Shown here one piece after another: positions 1-14,666 of a stretch of 64,000 nt of DNA. The position numbers and the translations under genes were made by a program. This DNA comes from Octopus sinensis (lineage: Eukaryota): the NCBI RefSeq assembly GCF_006345805.1, contig NC_043013.1:16306001-16370000 (forward strand), in the 5' to 3' direction. The notes under the pieces were generated by a model. The model was not told the DNA's origin and searched no databases. It saw nothing but the letters and a program-made list of their open reading frames with translations. Position 1 is the stretch's first letter; each line of letters starts with the position of its first letter.

Positions 1-309
1 AAGGTCAGTATGTGTGTGAGTGGGTGTGACTGTGTGGGGAGAATGCATGTGTGTGTGTGTATGGTTTGTGTGTGTGTGTGTGTGTGTATGTGAGAAAGAG
101 AACAAGTGTGAATGTGTTTGTATGTTTGTGCAAGTGTGAGTGTGTGCATGTACGGGGTGTGTGAGTGTGTGTGTGTGCGTATGTGTGTATGTGAGAGAGA
201 AAAAGAGAGTGAGTGGAGGTAGTGTACAAAATTCCTTAAAGTATAAGTTACACATTTTAAATAATCTAAAAATAAGTATGTGTGTGAATATATGTATGTG
301 CGTATGTAC

Positions 310-349
<40 letters not shown>

Positions 350-1291
350 ATAACTGTATGCAGAGAGAGTAAATGGTTTATCCTTCACCAATTCCTGTTA
401 TAAAACACATCCAATTATGTCTGGAGATGAAGGACAACATAATAAACATTCAAACCCTAAACTTTAAGAACTCTTACATTCTATCATTTCGGTGATAAGC
501 ACCATTCTATTATTATATTCACCCTCAATAACTTCCAGATAAATTCTTCACCATTTGTTACTACGACCTTTCAGGAATAACCATCCCGAGAAGACAAGCT
601 GTCAGTAGATCAGAGAACTTCCCCTGTTACGTAAACCATTGAATTAACTCTATTTTTATATATTTATTTGTATCGTTGATTCACTTACTTGTTTTATTTT
701 TGGGATGTGTGTGTGTGTGTGTGTATTTGGTTTGCAAGATTCTTGATGTATGTTTGTTGAAACAAATTTTGTTGCGTCTTGTGAGAGTGATTGTGCCAAT
801 AATAATAATAATAATGCACGCACAGAGAGGTTCAGTTCCACTTCTTTATTGTTAGTCAACTGGTTAACTATCTGACTAATTTGTTTTTGCATTTGGCTTG
901 CAACATTCTTTATGTGAATTTGAGTGTTGAAGCAAATTTTATTGTATCTAGGCAGAATCACTATTCCAATATCAATGCATGCAATGCTTCAGTTCTACTC
1001 CTTTATTATTAGTCAATTAACTAATTGATTGTTTGTTTAACAAAGCAAACGACTTACTGGGATCAATATGTTCATCTAAACCCTTCAATCGATTAGTTAG
1101 TTGGAGATTTAACCAACTGAATGATAATAATGGAGTGGTATTGAACCAGTGCATGTCTTCACAATATTGCCTTAATGTCTCTCCTTAGGCACAGCAACTA
1201 ATTAAATGATCATTTGTTTAATGAGCTGGTTAATAAATCAATTGGTTGTTTATTAGTTAAAGTTCTTTCAATGCTGTTCACGAATTTGTAT

Positions 1292-1330
<39 letters not shown>

Positions 1331-3621
1331 CATCATCATCATATATATATAATGAAAATAATAATAATAATAATATGAGGGAATATTATTCCAAACTTAC
1401 AGGGAAAAATTCAATTTAGAAATACTAAATCAAATTTCACAAAATAAAATATATATATATAAATTAGAAAAAAAAACACCTTTTATCAATTCAATTATGA
1501 AAAATTAAATTATACCATTTAGAAAAATTACATCTTATAGAAAGATTAAATATAAGATAAAACATATAACAATGATTAAGTAATGTGCAAAATAGTAAAT
1601 AAAACGTGTTTCATTGGACTGCAGCCATGCTGGGGCACTGCCTTGAAGGGTTTAGATGAAGATGTTGACCACAGTACTAATTTTTTTCTTTTTTTAAGCC
1701 TGATATATATTTTATTGGTCTTTCTTGCCAAAGTGTTAAATTATGCAGATGTCAACAAACCAACTCTGGTTGTCAAGTGGTGATGGGAGACAAACACAAA
1801 GACAGACAGAGACACATGCTTATATTTATATACACTCACACATACATACACAATGGTTTTTTTTTCAGTTTCTATCTATCAAATCCACGCAAGACCTTGG
1901 TTGACCCAGGGTTATAGTTGGAGACACTTGCCCAAGGGGTCACACAGTGGAACTGAACACAGAACTATGTGGTTAGGAGCAAACTTCTTTCCACACAGCC
2001 ACAGTTGGTAGTGACATTAGAGGATTGGATATTATATTTCATGATTGCTGTTCTGATCTTTTAGGTCTTGGGTTCAAATCACACTAAAATCAATTTTGGT
2101 TTGCAGCCTTTTGCAATTGACAAAAATAAAGCACCAATCCAACACAATGGATTGGTCGAACTGTAAGAATGTTAGACCTCATGGCTTCTATTTGTTTTAG
2201 TCCTCTGTGTTCTGAGTTCAAATCCCTACATTGTTGGTAGATTTAATCTGTGGCAGTGCCATTAGAACATGAAATATCTCATAGTTTTTCATCCGATCCT
2301 TTAGGCTCTGAGTTCAGACACCACCAACTTTGCCTTTAACCTTTTAGTATTTGAACCAGCCATATCTGGCCCAAATATTCTACCTGTTTTATGTTCATAC
2401 CAGCCAGATCCAGCCTTATATACCTACCCTACAACAACAACATCATTCTAAAAATAAACAATCATATCATTCAAAATCTTGAAGCTAAAAGATAATGCCT
2501 GATTAATTGTAAACAATGTAAGTAAATAAACAGTATTACACTTGACAGAGTAATCCGAATGATAGAAGATTAAACCTTTTGGCAGTGAGGACATAAGGAA
2601 TTGATAAAAATTGTCAGTGTGAAGAGATGGATTGGCAGAAGAGTAAATGTCTAGATGTCTTGCATTTGCAGTATTTGTTCCAGCTCTTTGTGTTCTGTGT
2701 TCAAGTCCCAGCATGGCCCACTGAGATGGTACACTTAATCAATTGCCCTGTTTAACATTACCATCTAGTATGGTGGTTCTCAACCAGGGTCCACATGAAT
2801 CCCAAGGATCTATATAAGATTTTTGGGGGCCCACGTCAAAAAATAGTAAATTGGAGTGATAATGGGGTAGCTATTCATGTAAAAACAATAAAATAATGAG
2901 TTGATTAGATTAAGTTTTGTTTGTGGAATACAGATGCTTTGAATTTGCTTCAGAAAGAAGTCTACGTTTGTGATGGTTAGTTTGAGGGGGGGGGGGCGCT
3001 AGGAATGTGACCTAGGTGTCATGGGGGCAGCAGCCTGAAAAAGTTTGAGAACTACTGCTCTACATGGTTACTTGATCAGTTAGAAATAGCAGCTAAATTT
3101 CCCTCAAATCAAACTACACCATGTTAACTAAAGAAGGATTCATATAGTGTAAACAATGATATACACACTAATATACACAACAAAAATACTGGGTGGTCAC
3201 AACTGGAATGTCTTTCATTCCATGTCTACCCAATTATGGATGATCTAGATTTAAACAGCACCGACAGCAGCAGTAGCAGCAACAATGACTATAATACCAC
3301 AATTCACAAACCTTGGTGGTGCACGAAAATGCAGATATAATTAATGTGTGCATCTTACTGATATTTCATGAATAAATATATAAAAGGAAGGTTACTGCAA
3401 TTAAAAAAAATTGTTAATTTGCTGGCGTGTGAAGATGAATAACCTTGTAGTTAGTAATAGCACAATAATAGAGGCAACATGACAATAGACTCAGAGAGAA
3501 CGGTAAACTTTTTAAAAGAAATCTGATACATGAAACAGCTGGGATTTCCTTAGAAAAACTTGCCTGTGTAATGTCTGGCAGCAGTTTATATTAGATTGTT
3601 GTCTTCATTTTAAACCAGTTA

Positions 3622-4023
3622 TACTCTTTTACTCTTTTACTTGTTTCAGTCATTTGACTGCGGCCATGCTGGAGCACCGCCTTTAATCGAGCAACTCGAC
3701 CCCGGGACTTATTCTTTTGTAAGCGCAGTACTTATTCTATCGGTCTCTTTTGCTGAACCGCTAAGTAACGGGGACATAAACACACCAGCATTGGTTGTCA
3801 AGCAATGCTAGGGGGACAAACACAGACACACAAACACACACACGCATATATATATATACATATATACGACGGGCTTCTTTCAGTTTCCGTCTACCAAATC
3901 CACTCACAAGGCTTTGGTCGGCCCGAGGCTATAGTAGAAGACACTTGCCCAAGGTGCCACGCAGTGGGACTGAACCCGGAACCATGTGGTTGGTAAACAA
4001 GCTACTTACCACACAGCCACTCC
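3622..4023 (-). mobile_element. tRNA-derived SINE family A (internal TA/CA tract, gtaaaaga tail); further copies near 1605-2003, 11020-11320, 12455-12685, 13790-15080, 19140-19455, 25977-26398, 48690-48845, 55770-55920, 56200-56375, 61795-61940
   Basis: Head tggctgtgtggtaag (A-box-like) and gggttcagtccc (B-box-like); many similar dispersed copies. Confidence 0.9.
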
Positions 4024-4324
4024 ATTAAATATATTAATATTTAACACTTTTCGTAACATATTTCTGTTGAAATATACTGCCATTGTGTTAAATAATTTTG
4101 AACACAATGAAGAATTTAGTTTAATAAATCTTGTCATTATTGATCTGGTGTTTAGAATATGAATTAACATGAAATCTTGATGGAAAGTTGTAATTTCGGT
4201 TACTTCAAAGCAGGAAGTCTGTATCACAATATCAGGTGATTGGTATCAAAAGAATTAACCTGTCAGTATTTAAACTAGCTATATCTTGTCTAAATATTCT
4301 ACCTGTTTTAAAAGTGGCCAGACC

Positions 4325-5100
4325 TGACACATGCTAGCAACCACCTGATGTCCAACTCAGGTGGGACTCTTTCTATCTTAACTCAAAAGGCCCTCATCTC
4401 TAAACAGAGTGAGTAAAGGGTAAAATCTCTTACATATAGAGAAGTTATGGAGTGATTCATTATAAATGTATCACTCTTGAAAAGGACCTCCATGCTCTTG
4501 AATTGTCTCAACTTTGACACATGATCTATATCTGCTCCTATTTCTTCCAGGGCTCTTACCATCTGGGTCACTTGTGTCACTGATGTCACTAAAACCAAAT
4601 GTCAGGTTAGAGCCAACATACAGCAAGTGGAGATCCTCTTTCTGACCATTGCTGCTAAGACCTCAGCTGGGACAACAATTTGTGCTCTTCTCCCATTCAG
4701 CTTCAGTAATTGTTTAGCCTCTGTCGATCTTCTCTCCTTATCACTTAATAAGAGCTTAAAGAACTGCATTATTTATGCTGCCGACCCAGCAAAAGATTGC
4801 CTATCCAAGAAGTTGCTTCCACAACTCTCTATCTTCTTTGTTATTAATTTTCTTATTCTTATTATTGTTTTTTTTTTACTACTGCTGTTGCTATTGTTGC
4901 TGTTGTTGTTGTTGTTGTTACTGTTGCTTTTGTCGTTGTTGTTGTTGTCACTGCTGCTATTGTTGCCGTGGTGATGGTGGTGATGGTTGCTGTTGCTGCT
5001 ACCACTTTTGTTTGCTGGCATGTGAGTTGGAATCATAACTGTTTTCTCCTCCACTTTGCAAGCATTGCTGTTGTTTACCTTGATTTTGTTAACATTGTTC

Positions 5101-5132
<32 letters not shown>

Positions 5133-5240
5133 GGTAGTGATGGAGATGGTGGTGGTATTGTGGAGACTCCGCTCTCTAATGCAGCTGGTAGTTGTGGGGG
5201 GATCTCCTGCTCTTCATTCACACAATTTGTAGGCTTTTAA
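4325..5240 (-). mobile_element. Decayed 5' fragment (ORF1) of a diverged Tx1-like LINE
   Basis: Minus-strand translation ...MEVLFKSD...RAF*VKIERVPPELDIRWLLAC aligns with ...VEVRFPTE...RRVTKIKIDLVPPELNMSWLVAA of ORF1 at 34.5-34.7 kb; Q/H-rich low-complexity N-terminus. Confidence 0.7.
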
Positions 5241-5484
5241 CCTCATCATAATTTTGAGGCAAAAATAAATAAAAGAAAAAAAAAACAAATGTGAGGAAAA
5301 ACTGCATCATAACAATTATGTCCTTTAAGGTACAATTTGGCAGTGCCCACCTTCATTAGGGAATTGAGCAGAGTGGGGGTGGGGTTTATTTAAAGTTCTG
5401 ACAAATATTAATGAAGGTAATCAGGTCATTTCCAACAAAATTAATCAAACCATTGAGAGCTGATGCAAATACATGTAAACAACC

Positions 5485-5518
<34 letters not shown>

Positions 5519-5762
5519 GTTTCAAATTTTGGTACAAGGCCAGTAATTTTGGGGAGGGAAAAGTTGATTATATTGACCCCCAGTACTCAACTGGTACTTA
5601 TTTTTATTGATTGCAAAAGGATGAAAGGCAAAGACAACCCCATTGGAATTTGAACCCAGAACATAAAGACGGACAAAATGCCACTAAGCATTTTGCCTAG
5701 CATGCTAAGGATTCTTCCAGCTCGCTACCTTAAAAATAATAATAATAATAATAATAATAATG

Positions 5763-5812
<50 letters not shown>

Positions 5813-6025
5813 TTCAAATTTTGCCTCAAAGGTAGCAATTTTTATGGGAGGGGATGAGTCAATTACATCAACCCCAGTGTTCAACTGATTTTATTTTTTA
5901 TTTGACCCTGAAAGGATGAAAGGTAAAGTCAACCTCAGCAGAAATTTGAACTCAGAATGGAGTAACTGGTGAAATACTGCTAAGCATTTCATTCAGTGTG
6001 CTAACAATTCAACCAGCTCGCTGCC

Positions 6026-6080
<55 letters not shown>

Positions 6081-6081
<1 letters not shown>

Positions 6082-6670
6082 TGCCCTGATGCAGTACCAG
6101 GCAGTGGCTCTCATGGCTTCTGATCTTAACTGATTGGAAGTGTTATCATGTACATTGTTTTGTCTTGGTATAAAAGATGGACTACAGCAAATATTCTGCT
6201 CAATACCACAGATTTGCTTGTCAGTTGTTTGACCTTAACCAGTTGAGCATGTCCCTTAGTGGCTGATGATATGTGCATCTCTGATCACGAGCAGAAGTAG
6301 TGGGAGAGCATCATAGCCATGTGTTGAGAAGGATTCTTTGGGGTTTGAATAATTCACCTCTGGAAACATGGGTGTTTCGTTCAACGTCCTTAAACAACCC
6401 TTATTCAGGGACCTTTTGAGCGGGATGGGTTACTCGATCTGAAGAAAATTCTAACTGGGCCCCACCTGCAAGGTCATGTGCTGTTTATCTTGATATGAGA
6501 TCACCATGTCGCGCACATATGGTTGTGATGCATGTGCCTGGTATACCCTTATCAGATGGGTAGTCATGATGGGTATACTGGGCTTCGTATATTTTACCCC
6601 AGTGTCACTTTGATGGCATGCACTGCTCTCTCACTCAATAATAATAATAATAATGATAATAATAATAATA
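6081..6670 (+). mobile_element. About 560-bp unclassified retroposon inserted in (AAT)n; second, truncated copy at 33781-33910 (minus)
   Basis: 6534-6640 is the near-identical reverse complement of 33800-33910; both end ctctctcactc(AAT)n. Confidence 0.75.
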
Positions 6671-7220
6671 ATCCTTTTTACTGGAGGCACAAGGCCTCAA
6701 ATTTGGAGGGTGGGGACTAGTCGATTATATTGGTCCCCAGTGTTTCACTGGTACTTAATTTATCAACCCCGAAAGGATAAAAGGCAAAGTCAATCTCAGC
6801 AGAATTTGAACTCAGAACGGAGCAATGGGTGAAATACTGCTAAGCATTTCATTCAGTGTGCTAACAATTCTGCCAGCTCGCTGCCTTAATAATAACAATA
6901 ATAATAATAATTGTAATAATAATGATGATGATGATGATGGTGGTGGTAGTGATGGTGGTGGTGGCAGCTGCTGCTGCTGCACTCTTTCTATGTTAGGTAT
7001 AATTATTATTTTCTGTTAAAGTGGTGGTGTTGGTGATTGGACAGAACTGTTAAATTTTTCGACAAATGGCTTGCAGTAATTGTTCTGAGGTGGGTGTGTG
7101 TGTGTGTGGAAGGAGATGTAGGTTCTGTGAACCTGTACATACATATGTATGTGAATATTTGTACGTGTTTGTGTGCTCCCTCTTCTCTCTTTCTTTCACT
7201 CACTTTCTCTCTCTTTACAT

Positions 7221-7290
<70 letters not shown>

Positions 7291-8059
7291 CAACCCATGC
7301 TAGCATGGAAAGCGGACGTTAAATGATGATGATATTTATCTGTGTGTGTGTGTGCATGTGCGCGTGTATGTACATGTTTGCACTCACGGGTGTATGTATG
7401 TGTGTTTCAGTATGTGTGTGTGTATTTTTATTTGTACTAAGTGAGTACACACACACACACATGTCAACATAATGATTTATGATATTGGCATGAAATGTTT
7501 AAGGAAGATTAGAGATGTTTAAGAAAGATTAACGAAGTTATGATGGTCACGTTTGTCTTAAGAATACAAGCTGTAATATGAGAATAATAAGGTTTGTAGA
7601 ATCAGACATTATATTATCTGCTGCATTTTTAGTCTATGGCTCTTTAGAAATTCAAATCCTACATCTGAACTCTATCTGCCATTCTTCAATATGATAAAAT
7701 ACCAACAATGTACTGTGGTTGATTTTACAGACTACATCCCCTTGTGCCATTTTGTGTGGTCTTGTACCCAGTTCTTCATGTTCTGAGTTCAAATCCAGCT
7801 AAACTTTATGTTCTGGGTTCAAATCCAGAATCGTAAGCTCACCAGACAAAATGCTTAGCAGCATTTCATCTGTCTTTATATATCTGAGTTCAAGTGCTGC
7901 TTAGGTTGTCTTTTGCCTTTCGTCCTTTCAGAGTCAATAACATAAGCACCAGTTGAACACTGGGGCTGATGTAATCAATTTACTCTCACCCTGAAATTCC
8001 TGGGCTTGTGCCAAAATTTGAAACCATTACTATTATTATTGATTTGACTCAGTTCAGTT

Positions 8060-8772
8060 TTATACCTGGCAGGATATATGTGGGTAGTGGGTTACTACCT
8101 GTAACCTTAGGTATCCAGTAACTTTCAATAGACTTTCAAGTGCTTAGAATCCTCCTGATAATTTTTCCTGTCCCCAAGAGGCAAACTTTCTGTCGAATAT
8201 CTCTGGATATTCTATTCCAATCTCCTTCACCCATTTCACTATGTATAATATTTGGTTCCCAATGAAACAATTATTATAGGCCCAACCTTTACCGTTTTTC
8301 CATTCCAAAGTCCGTGTCTTAGGATTTGTCAATGTGAAAATACTGATTCTCTTCAAACTCTTTCAAAACTGAAATTTAACAATAAACATCCAACTTGCTA
8401 TTACTTGAGATCTCTGGGTGAGACTTGGAACAACTCTTATAAAACAAAGCAATAATAATAATAATGATGATGATAATAAAACCCCCGAAACCCCAAAATG
8501 GCAGAAATTCAAAAGATAGTGCTCTTGGGAACTGCTCATATCCTATGCAAAATACTTTCTATATAATCTCAAGTTTTAAAACAAACATAATTTTCTTATG
8601 GTTTCTTAAACATTCTCTAGAACAACACTATGTACAAAACCAAAGATATGGCACCCTAGGCATAACACCAATGTGAACTTCCAACTTGTTGTCTCTTGAG
8701 GTCTCTGGATGAGACTTGGAACCAACTTGTGCAAATGTAAAGCAAAAGTCAAACATAAAAAATACTAATAAT
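8060..8772. mobile_element. Cluster of Dong/R4-like 3' ends (one minus at about 8060-8330; plus at 8388-8460 and 8481-8772)
   Basis: Minus strand QKVCLLGTGKIIRRILST*; 8481-8772 closely matches 20060-20340. Confidence 0.7.
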
Positions 8773-10001
8773 AAGGGTTTCAAATTTTGCCACATGGGCA
8801 GCAATTTTGGGGGGAAAGGATGAGTCAATTACATTGATCCCAGTGTTCAACTGGTACTTATCTTATCGACCTTGAAAGGACAAAAGGCAAAGTCAACCTT
8901 GGCGGAATTTAAACTCAGAGAACATAACGACAAGTGACATGCCACTAAGCATTTTGCCCAGCCCAGCACACTAACAATTCTGCTTATTGTCTGCATTGAA
9001 ACTACAAAAAGTGATATTGTTTTGTGTAATATCATACTATGTAAACACTTGTGTCAGTTGACAGAAAACCTATTACTATGTAATCAATCTGTGTTTGTTA
9101 CTGACAGTTTGTGGCCTGTTGCTGTGTAATCTTCCAGACCATATCTAGTTAGTTGTTGTTGCTGTTTAGCCCCGGGTCAGTTATGATCAAGGAAGTCTAT
9201 AGAATACATGCAGCAGATTATATTGTCACTGCGTTGTCCAGTGACACATATAGTTAGTAGTAGTAGTAGTAGTAGTGTGAAGGTCTGTGGCTTAGTGGTT
9301 AGAGTATTTGGCTTATAATCGTAAGGTCTTGAGTTTGATTCTGGTTGTTGCTCCAGTGGTAGTGGTCGCCGCCGCCACTGCTGCTGTTGTTGTTTAGCCC
9401 CTGGGTCAAGCTTACATGCTACCACGTCACTCATGAGTGAGTATAACTTGGTAGATTGTATCACACTTTCACTAATTGTTTTAGGTGCCTCTGTAATCAC
9501 TTGTAGATATAAACACCTTTTCTATTGTCATACAAGCAGCATTATTCACTTTCTATATTGTGTGAAAACACGAGAAAAATATTACTTTGGCCATAAGAAA
9601 TATTATTTTGTTTGGTATGGGCTGGTGATAAGAAGGGCATTCAGCTATAGAAGATCTACCCTGATAAACTCCTTCTGATCAGTACAAGCTTGGAGAAGCA
9701 GAGGATAAAACGACAATGATGATGATATATTATTTGTTGAGGGGCTACAAATGTCACTCATGAGCCTAGACACCTTGGCATGAAAGTCTGTGCTCCTTAG
9801 TTTCTGCTATAGTTCTCAGCGAATAAAAGATTGTAAACCATGCCAGCATGGGCAACGGACGTTGAATAATGATGATGATGATACATGCTCTGCTTTACAT
9901 AATGAATCTTCTTTCTCTGGTTTGTAGAGCCAAGTGTTTGTACATGCAAGTGTGAGTGTGTGTGAATGTGTATGAGTGTGTGTGTGTGTGTGTGTGTGTA
10001 A

Positions 10002-10038
<37 letters not shown>

Positions 10039-12234
10039 TATCTATATGTATAGATATATAGATTGTTGCAGATGTATAGATATATGAGAGCGAGCGAGAG
10101 TAAGGGAAGGAAAGAAAAGAGAGGAAAGAGAAATCTAATCATTTAGTTTAGTAATGTGACTATTAAATTAAGGTCACACACACCACATGTGCATGTGCGT
10201 TCACACATTCACTCACACCGCTTAGCAGTAAAGAGTTAGTAAGGATGTTTCAGCACATTATTCATCAGTCGGAAACCAGCTATTATTTATTGTCATTCGA
10301 CTTATTTAACATTAAGTGACATTGAATTTCGTTGTCGCATTATTTATATGCATAAATAACAAAACAATGCCACTGGACATTTGTATACATAAGTGGGTAC
10401 AGGACAATGACTCTTGTATAAAGGCAAGCAAAAACAAGTATAAAAGAATGTGGTGGTCTCTGGGTTGGCAGAAATTACTGAGAGATGGTCATAGATTTGA
10501 TTGAATTGTTAGAGTTGTTAAATTTGTGTTGAGGGTAGAGGATCATTTTCTGGGAAAGGTTGTAATTAGATTCTCTTCTGTCCTTGCATATGAACTTAAC
10601 CAAATTAACAAAAGTTCACTACATGAAAGACAGCTCTCTTTGGATTGCTGTGCAGTCTTGGTATGAATCGAGTTATAATGTTAGTGATATTTTTTTAGAA
10701 AATATAGAGATCATCATCATCATCATCATCATTTAACGTCTGCTTTCCATGCTAGCATGGGTTGGACGATTTGACTGAGGTCTGGCGAACCAGACTTCAA
10801 TCTGATCTGGCAGTGTTTCTACAGCTGGATGCCCTTCGTAACCACTCTGAGAGTGTAGTGGGTGCTTTTACGTGCCTCCAGCACGAGGGCCAGTTTGGTG
10901 GTACAGGCAAGAGATGACATGTGGAAAATTTTACAAAAAGAAGAAAGCTTTCTCTCTCTCCCTCCCGCTCTCTCTATCTCTCTCCCTCTCTCTCACACGC
11001 ACACAAACACACACACAGAGCATGACTGTGTGCTTAAAGAAGTTTTTTTCTCAACCATATGGTCTTGGGTTCAGTCCCATTGCACATCACCTTGGGGATC
11101 TTCTAGAATAATCCTAGACTTACAAAAGCCTTATGAGTGGATTTGATACATGGAGACTGAAAGAAGCCTGTTGTGTGTGTGTTTCTGTCTGTCTGTCTAT
11201 GTGTTTGTGTCTTTGTGTTAGTGTTGTATTTGTCCTTCATCACCGCTTGACAACCAGTGTTGGTTTGTTTATATTCCCATAACCTAGTGGTTTAGTAAAA
11301 GAGATTGATAGAATAAGTAAAGTGTAGAATCGGAATTGAAACAAATCATGCAAATTTGTACATTTATTCAGGGATTCCCTTCATGACTACTACTTTGGCA
11401 AGCACTGTGATGTCTTTGTGTTACTGAGGAGGTACAATATAGCTGGAAAATGTCTGGAGTTGTCTCCCTTATTTGCTGGAAATTCTAAAAATAATATCAG
11501 TCATTTAGTTAATGTCTTTTTCCCATCTGAGAATACACCTTGGTGTATTTCTTCTAGCTCTTCCCATTCTGTGTTAAAATCCAGCCTAAGTCAACCTTAT
11601 CTTTCATCCTTCCAGGTTCAAAAAAATAAAGCACCTGACAAGCACATGATATCCACTGACACCCTCCCCTCAAAAGTTGCTGGCCTTGCATCGAAATTAG
11701 AAACCATTATTTTATCTCTACATAATATATCAGTATTTGAACCTACTTCACTACGTTTTACTCTCACCACCAGGAAGAAATTAAGTTTTTATTTATCTAT
11801 TTATAATAGTCTGTAAGTCAATATTTGAACATATCCACCTCTTGTGACTAGTTTCTTCTCTCACCAACATCACCTGCCAGAAATAGTCTTGGCTATGAAA
11901 CTATATCAATATGTGTGTGTATAAACGTATCTCTTTCCTATGTGGTTAATAGCTCAACATAGGTTTCCCTGTTCCTCTCCTTCCGCTCGCACTTCTAATT
12001 TCTGTACTGGGCTAACAAATGGTAGGAAATACTAATTCTATGACGTATATATATATATATATATATATATATTAGTATATATGCGGACAACATTTGAGTA
12101 TACTTCACAATCCACTTCTAATTTCTGTACTTACTGACATATGAAGGAAACAGCATAGCTACAAAGCTAGAAACACACACACACGCACACATATATGTAT
12201 ATGAATATGTATATATATATATAAATGCATATAC

Positions 12235-12287
<53 letters not shown>

Positions 12288-12412
12288 ATATATATAAAAT
12301 AATATGTATAATATGTACTCAATAGTAATTGTACATATTATTTTATAGATAATTTCCTCTATTTACATAATATTGAGGTCTCTTTCTTTCTTTTGTTATC
12401 TTACCGTTTTTA

Positions 12413-12453
<41 letters not shown>

Positions 12454-12689
12454 GCAAAGCCTTGTGAGTGGATTTGGTAGACAGAAACTGAAAGAAGCCC
12501 GTCGTGTATATGTACATATATATATATATGTATGTGTGTGTATATGTTTGTATGTCTGTTTGTACCCTCAACATCACTTGACAACCGGTGGTGGTGTGTT
12601 TATGTCACCGTAACTTAGTGGTTCCGTAAAAGAGACCGATAGAATAAGTACTTGGCTTACAAAGAATCAGTCCTGGGGTCAGATATCAG

Positions 12690-13174
12690 CATATATATAT
12701 GCATATGTATACATATGCATATATATATATGTATACATATGCATATATATACATATATATACATATATATATATGCATACATATGCATATGCATACATAT
12801 ATATATATATATATGCATACATATGCATATATGTGCATATATGCATATATATATGTGCATATATATATGCACATATATATATATATGCATATGTGCACAT
12901 ATATATATGCATATATGCACATATATATGCATATATATATGTATACATATGCATATGTATACATATATTTATATGCATATATATGCATATTTATGCACAT
13001 ATATATATGTGTGTGTGTGTATATATATATTTACTCACACACATGTACGTACAGATACACACACACACATATATATATATATACACACACATGTATGTAT
13101 GTATATGTGTGAGTGTGTATGTATATATATATGGGTAAATATATGTATGTATATACATGTGTGTGTGTGTATAT

Positions 13175-13247
<73 letters not shown>

Positions 13248-13255
13248 ATACACAC
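12690..13255. repeat. Compound microsatellite (ATATGC/TA/CA/TG)
   Basis: Directly visible; source of many spurious Y/I/C/H/M ORFs. Confidence 0.95.
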
Positions 13256-14004
13256 ATTTATGCATATATGTATCTGTGAACATATCTCAGTTCATATGTG
13301 GCCTGTATTTGAGTAAACTGCCTCCCCACTTCTCATTTCTCTACTTACTGACATCATGCAAAAGGAAATATTTTACTATTTCATTTATTTAGGTCAGTAT
13401 TTGAATGCACTAATTTCTGAAGTCATCGACGTCAGACGTAACATTACCATGAGACACTCTTTCTCCCCATATATTTATGTGTGTGTTGTGTGTTGCATTT
13501 CACTACAACTGTTGCACTCATGTATCATGTCCTCCACTTGAGGTCTCCAATCTCTCATTTGAAATTCATAATACATTGCTATTTTGGTCATATTTCATAT
13601 TTGTTTTCTTTTATTTTTCGTCTTTTCGTATCATTCCACCTGTGTTCCAGTATTGATCAGTAAGGATATTGATCTTTGTCCTCACTGCATTGATCAGCGA
13701 GGACATTGTATACATATTCGAGCAAATGTGTCACTGAAGTCCCATATGGGACAGTTGTGTATCCAAAGGTTACAAGTTGGACCGCTTTCTCTTTTTTCTC
13801 TTTTTACTTGTTTCAGTCATTTGACTGTGGTCATGCTGGAACACTGCTTTTTAGTCGAGTAAATCAACCCCAGGACTTATTCTTTGTAGGCCTAGTACTT
13901 ATTCTATCGGTGTCTTGTCAAACCGCTAAGTTACAGGGACGTAAACACACCAGCATTGGTTGTCAAATGATGTTGGGGGGACAAACACAGACACACAAAC
14001 ATAT

Positions 14005-14051
<47 letters not shown>

Positions 14052-14234
14052 ACAAAGAAGTAAATATATGGCACAACGAAGTACCGATATTTACTGGAAA
14101 TAGCGAACGTAATAATACGACGCTAATGTATAGCTTCACCGCGTATGTACTAGCAAAAATGCGTGTGTGCAACAAACTAGAAAAAATTGTCTTACCTCCA
14201 GGGAGAACATCTGAAAGATGAAATACCTGGAAAA

Positions 14235-14325
14235 GGATAATGTGGGACCTGCACAGGTTTCAGATTTTTCAAGATATGTCTGCCACCCATAAACTTGATC
14301 TATCTTCATCAGCCAAACATATACC
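14235..14325 (-). ncRNA. Type I hammerhead ribozyme motif, copy 1
   Basis: Minus strand: tgg CTGATGA AGAT...ATCT GAAA CCTGTGCAGG TC cca; complete core, paired stems I/II/III, GUC cleavage triplet (cut between 14246 and 14245). Confidence 0.8.
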
Positions 14326-14666
14326 ACGACAACCTTTCAGATGTTACCACATTAATGCCATTACACTCGACTGAAACGCCGAAACGCTAACAGCACGAGA
14401 ACGGTGAAGAAGTTTCAATAAATTAGTAATGCAATACTAGAGTATTGCTTTTCAGTAAAGAATAGCCCGTGAGGGAAAAATATACAAAGAAGTAAATATA
14501 TAGCACAACGAAGTACCGATATTTACTGGAAATAGCGAACGTAATAATACGACGCTAATGTATAGCTTCACCGCGTATGTACTAGCAAAAATGTGTGTGT
14601 GTAACAAACTAGAAAAAATTGTCTTACCTCCAGGGAGAACATCTGAAAGATGAAATACCTGGAAAA

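Noticed and set aside
4627-5240. PolyL/polyC/polyN/polyG ORFs suggesting a host low-complexity protein
   Set aside because: Alternative frames of the decayed Tx1 ORF1 fossil
12652-13392. 246-aa ORF and many overlapping Y/I/C/H/M-rich ORFs (also 5-403, 7006-7326, 45311-45713, 52027-52294)
   Set aside because: Translations of TA/CA/ATT microsatellites; no splice signals or protein motifs
14366-14400. Second hammerhead on the plus strand of the 432-bp unit (ctgaaacgccgaaacgc)
   Set aside because: No CTGANGA box, no stem II and no NUH site in register
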